Source of the DNA: a virus
Length of the DNA: 64,000 nucleotides
Strand: one strand, 5' to 3'
IMG/VR virus record: IMGVR_UViG_3300020045_011333
Location: 64,001-128,000 of that record
Shown: positions 61,941 through 64,000 of the stretch, in pieces
Layout: each line of letters opens with the position of its first letter
How positions within the stretch are numbered: position 1 is the stretch's first letter
The notes under the pieces: model-generated
What the model was told of the DNA's origin: nothing
The model's input: only the letters and a program-made list of their open reading frames with translations
The model's database searches: none
Translations under genes and position numbers: made by a program

Positions 61941-63680
61941 TCATGATGGTTTCCTATCTAGGGCTTCTTTAATCATTTTCAGCTTTTCTAAAACAATTTC
62001 CATCAAACGTTCTTCCAGTGAACCGGAAACAATGAGATAATGAATCAAGGCGTGAGCCTTTTGGCCAATCCTGTGAATTCTATCTTCACCTTGCTCAAGC
62101 AAAGCAGGGACGAAGCACAATTCGCCCATGACAAGATTCCATGCCTCAGTAAGGGTGATTCCGACACCTGCGGCATTTATATTTCCGATGAACAACCTAC
62201 AGTTATCATCATTTTGAAACCGTTCAACAGATTCATTTTTCTCTTTATTAGACATTCCACCAATAAATTTGACAGAAATATCTTCGAACGCGGCTGCTAC
62301 TTTATGAGCCACGGCGCGATGGACGCAAAGAAAAACTACTTTCTCACCGCTGTCAAGTAAATTTCTAACGTATTCAATCATCATTGAAAGTTTGGCTAAA
62401 CCAATTTCTTCCCTAGCTTGAGACATAGCTTCAAAATGAGAAGCTTCGTAATCATCATAATCATCTTCTTCACTGAAATTTTTAGTTCTTTCGTGAATAT
62501 TATCAATGAGTTTTCGTAATTCTTTATCTGTAATTTCTTGATAATCTTCTTCAGTCTTTTCACCGCTCATAATCATGAGGGCTTTAAGATTATCAGCAAA
62601 GATTTGCTTTTCTTTCTTGACTAACTTTGAAAGTCCATCATTCGGTAGTGTAACTATCTGCCTCCGTTTAGGAGGAAGCTCTTTCAAAACATCATCCTTT
62701 AGGCGACGAATCATGAAAGTTGTTCTGAGAAGTTCTTGAAACTCTGTTAGATTATCTGTTCCACTTGTATCCCAACCCCAAGGAGTTTCAAATGCGGCGC
62801 AGAATTTCTTTACGAATTTAATATAGTTACCAAAAACATTCTCGTGACCAAACGAAGAAATCATCACCCACATATCTAGAGGCTTGTTTAAGATAGGTGT
62901 ACCAGTCAAGAAAATTCTTTTAAGTGCCGGGATAGGAGCTAAACGATCACTTTTCTTTTTGCCTTGATAACCCAAGACTTGCTTAGTTTTTCCTGCTTTT
63001 TCATTTTTCAGAACGTGAGCTTCATCACAGACTAGAATATCCCAAGTCTTGGAATGAATTTTATCTCTGAATTTTTCTAGCATATCATAGTTTATGATAA
63101 CTACATTATCATCTTCGGGCCAAATATATTCAGTAGTTGATTTTTTAGTCCCTTCACTATCTATAATAATTTTTGGTTTGGTGTGAGCTATCCCAATAGT
63201 TAGACCAAGTTCTGGCCTGATCCATTTGATTGCTTCTTTTTCCCAATTAAGTTTTAGAGAAGCAGGAACTATAAGCAATACATTTTTAACTTTAGATGCA
63301 TTATTAATTACACCTAGTGCTTGGATAGTTTTGCCAAGACCCGGTTGATCCGCAATCAATGTATCATCACGCTCTAGTGCAAACGCAATACCGGCACGTT
63401 GAAACGGAAGATAGGATAGACCTTCAGGAACTAATAAAACATCATCATAATCTGTCGCATAACTTGCTTCAATTAATTGTTGCTTAATTATCTTAAGATT
63501 ATCCAACCTTTCACGGGCCGAATCAACACAATTCTCATAGAATTTCCGAGCCACATCATCATCTGATGTAACCCATTTACCTTCTATAAATTTAAAGCCT
63601 TGACGCTTTAGAACAAGACGTTCTTCAAAAGTACAACGGGCTACGTATAACCCGTTGATACGATTAATTTTTATTGTCAT
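61941..63680 (-). CDS. SNF2-family helicase (HARP/SMARCAL1-like)
   Basis: LPFQRAG, ADQPGLGKT, DEAH, LTGTPILN, RRLK.DVL.ELPPK, GVGITL, QGEDRIHRIGQ. Confidence 0.92.
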   Translation of the reverse strand: MTIKINRINGLYVARCTFEERLVLKRQGFKFIEGKWVTSDDDVARKFYENCVDSARERLDNLKIIKQQLIEASYATDYDDVLLVPEGLSYLPFQRAGIAFALERDDTLIADQPGLGKTIQALGVINNASKVKNVLLIVPASLKLNWEKEAIKWIRPELGLTIGIAHTKPKIIIDSEGTKKSTTEYIWPEDDNVVIINYDMLEKFRDKIHSKTWDILVCDEAHVLKNEKAGKTKQVLGYQGKKKSDRLAPIPALKRIFLTGTPILNKPLDMWVMISSFGHENVFGNYIKFVKKFCAAFETPWGWDTSGTDNLTEFQELLRTTFMIRRLKDDVLKELPPKRRQIVTLPNDGLSKLVKKEKQIFADNLKALMIMSGEKTEEDYQEITDKELRKLIDNIHERTKNFSEEDDYDDYEASHFEAMSQAREEIGLAKLSMMIEYVRNLLDSGEKVVFLCVHRAVAHKVAAAFEDISVKFIGGMSNKEKNESVERFQNDDNCRLFIGNINAAGVGITLTEAWNLVMGELCFVPALLEQGEDRIHRIGQKAHALIHYLIVSGSLEERLMEIVLEKLKMIKEALDRKPS

Positions 63681-63686
63681 GTAATA

Positions 63687-63998
63687 TTATTCATCATCTT
63701 TGCGGGTATAAAGATTTGCAATTAGCTTATCCATTGCTGTAATAGCTTCAATCAAATCTTCCTTGATATAGGTTTGCTTACGCTCTGCGATCTTATATAG
63801 CGTATCTCGGGCAGCATGACATTCAAGGAGGCTTAGGATTCTAGGTGAGCGGCCCACCTCTTTTTCTTTTGTAGGACCGATCAGAGAAAGAATGATGGTA
63901 TCACCCTTCCTCATCATGATCTGCTCTCCGGGGTAAAGCTCAGACATTTGCATAGCAAAAATCTTGGCTGCAAGTTCCGAGTTTTCACTGCCAAGGAA
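63687..63998 (-). CDS. 3' part of a hypothetical gene entering from beyond the window
   Basis: Frame of track ORF 63687-63953 stays open to the window edge (FLGSENSELAAKIFAMQMS...). Confidence 0.55.
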   Translation of the reverse strand, partial: FLGSENSELAAKIFAMQMSELYPGEQIMMRKGDTIILSLIGPTKEKEVGRSPRILSLLECHAARDTLYKIAERKQTYIKEDLIEAITAMDKLIANLYTRKDDE

Positions 63999-64000
63999 TT

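Noticed and set aside
13590-62360. Numerous 60-190 aa track ORFs antisense to or nested in long genes (for example 13590-13973, 23624-24184, 30058-30447, 62040-62360)
   Set aside because: Shadow ORFs of well-supported genes, with no RBS or motifs
1-64000. Genome-wide TAG recoding (code 15) suggested by the CUA tRNA
   Set aside because: All conserved genes are full length under the standard code; no TAG-interrupted genes were found
1-64000. CRISPR array, integrase, DGR or invertase-based fibre switching
   Set aside because: No spaced direct repeats, recombinase or reverse transcriptase seen; the Cas4-like gene has no cas context

Overview
Part of an AT-rich, apparently lytic tailed-phage genome with a siphovirus-type (non-contractile, lambda-like tip) tail. 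The host is most likely an alphaproteobacterium; this is inferred from DUF1127 and DUF3309 small proteins and a tRNA-His lacking G-1/C73. Plus strand 1-37236 holds three beta-helix tail spike/fibre genes, a cluster of 18 tRNA genes plus two atypical tRNA-like elements interleaved with small ORFs, and a GIY-YIG endonuclease. It then runs through portal, scaffold, major capsid, PhoH, neck, tail tube, a frameshifting tail chaperone, tape measure, tail tip and lysis genes. Minus strand 37265-64000 holds glutaredoxin, nrdA/nrdB, MazG-like, thyX, dNMP kinase, SF1 helicase, Cas4-like and DEDDh nucleases, a T7-type DNA polymerase, Nudix, T5 A1-like nuclease, Thg1-like, BCS1-like AAA+, HD hydrolase, tdk, a nucleotidyltransferase, a TAXI-like binding protein and an SNF2 helicase. 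The two arms converge on a bidirectional terminator. No terminase, integrase or CRISPR array was seen in the window. Best leads: (1) a cysteine-free thioredoxin together with a T7-type polymerase carrying a thioredoxin-binding-loop-sized insertion; (2) two stand-alone copies of virion-assembly C-terminal motifs (tape measure and scaffold); (3) a free-standing, splicing-dead intein/LAGLIDADG gene with its own promoter; (4) unusual tRNA-like RNAs (D-armless, possible amber CUA, extended acceptor helix) alongside Thg1-like and RlaP-like enzymes. All family assignments are by motif recognition, not database search.
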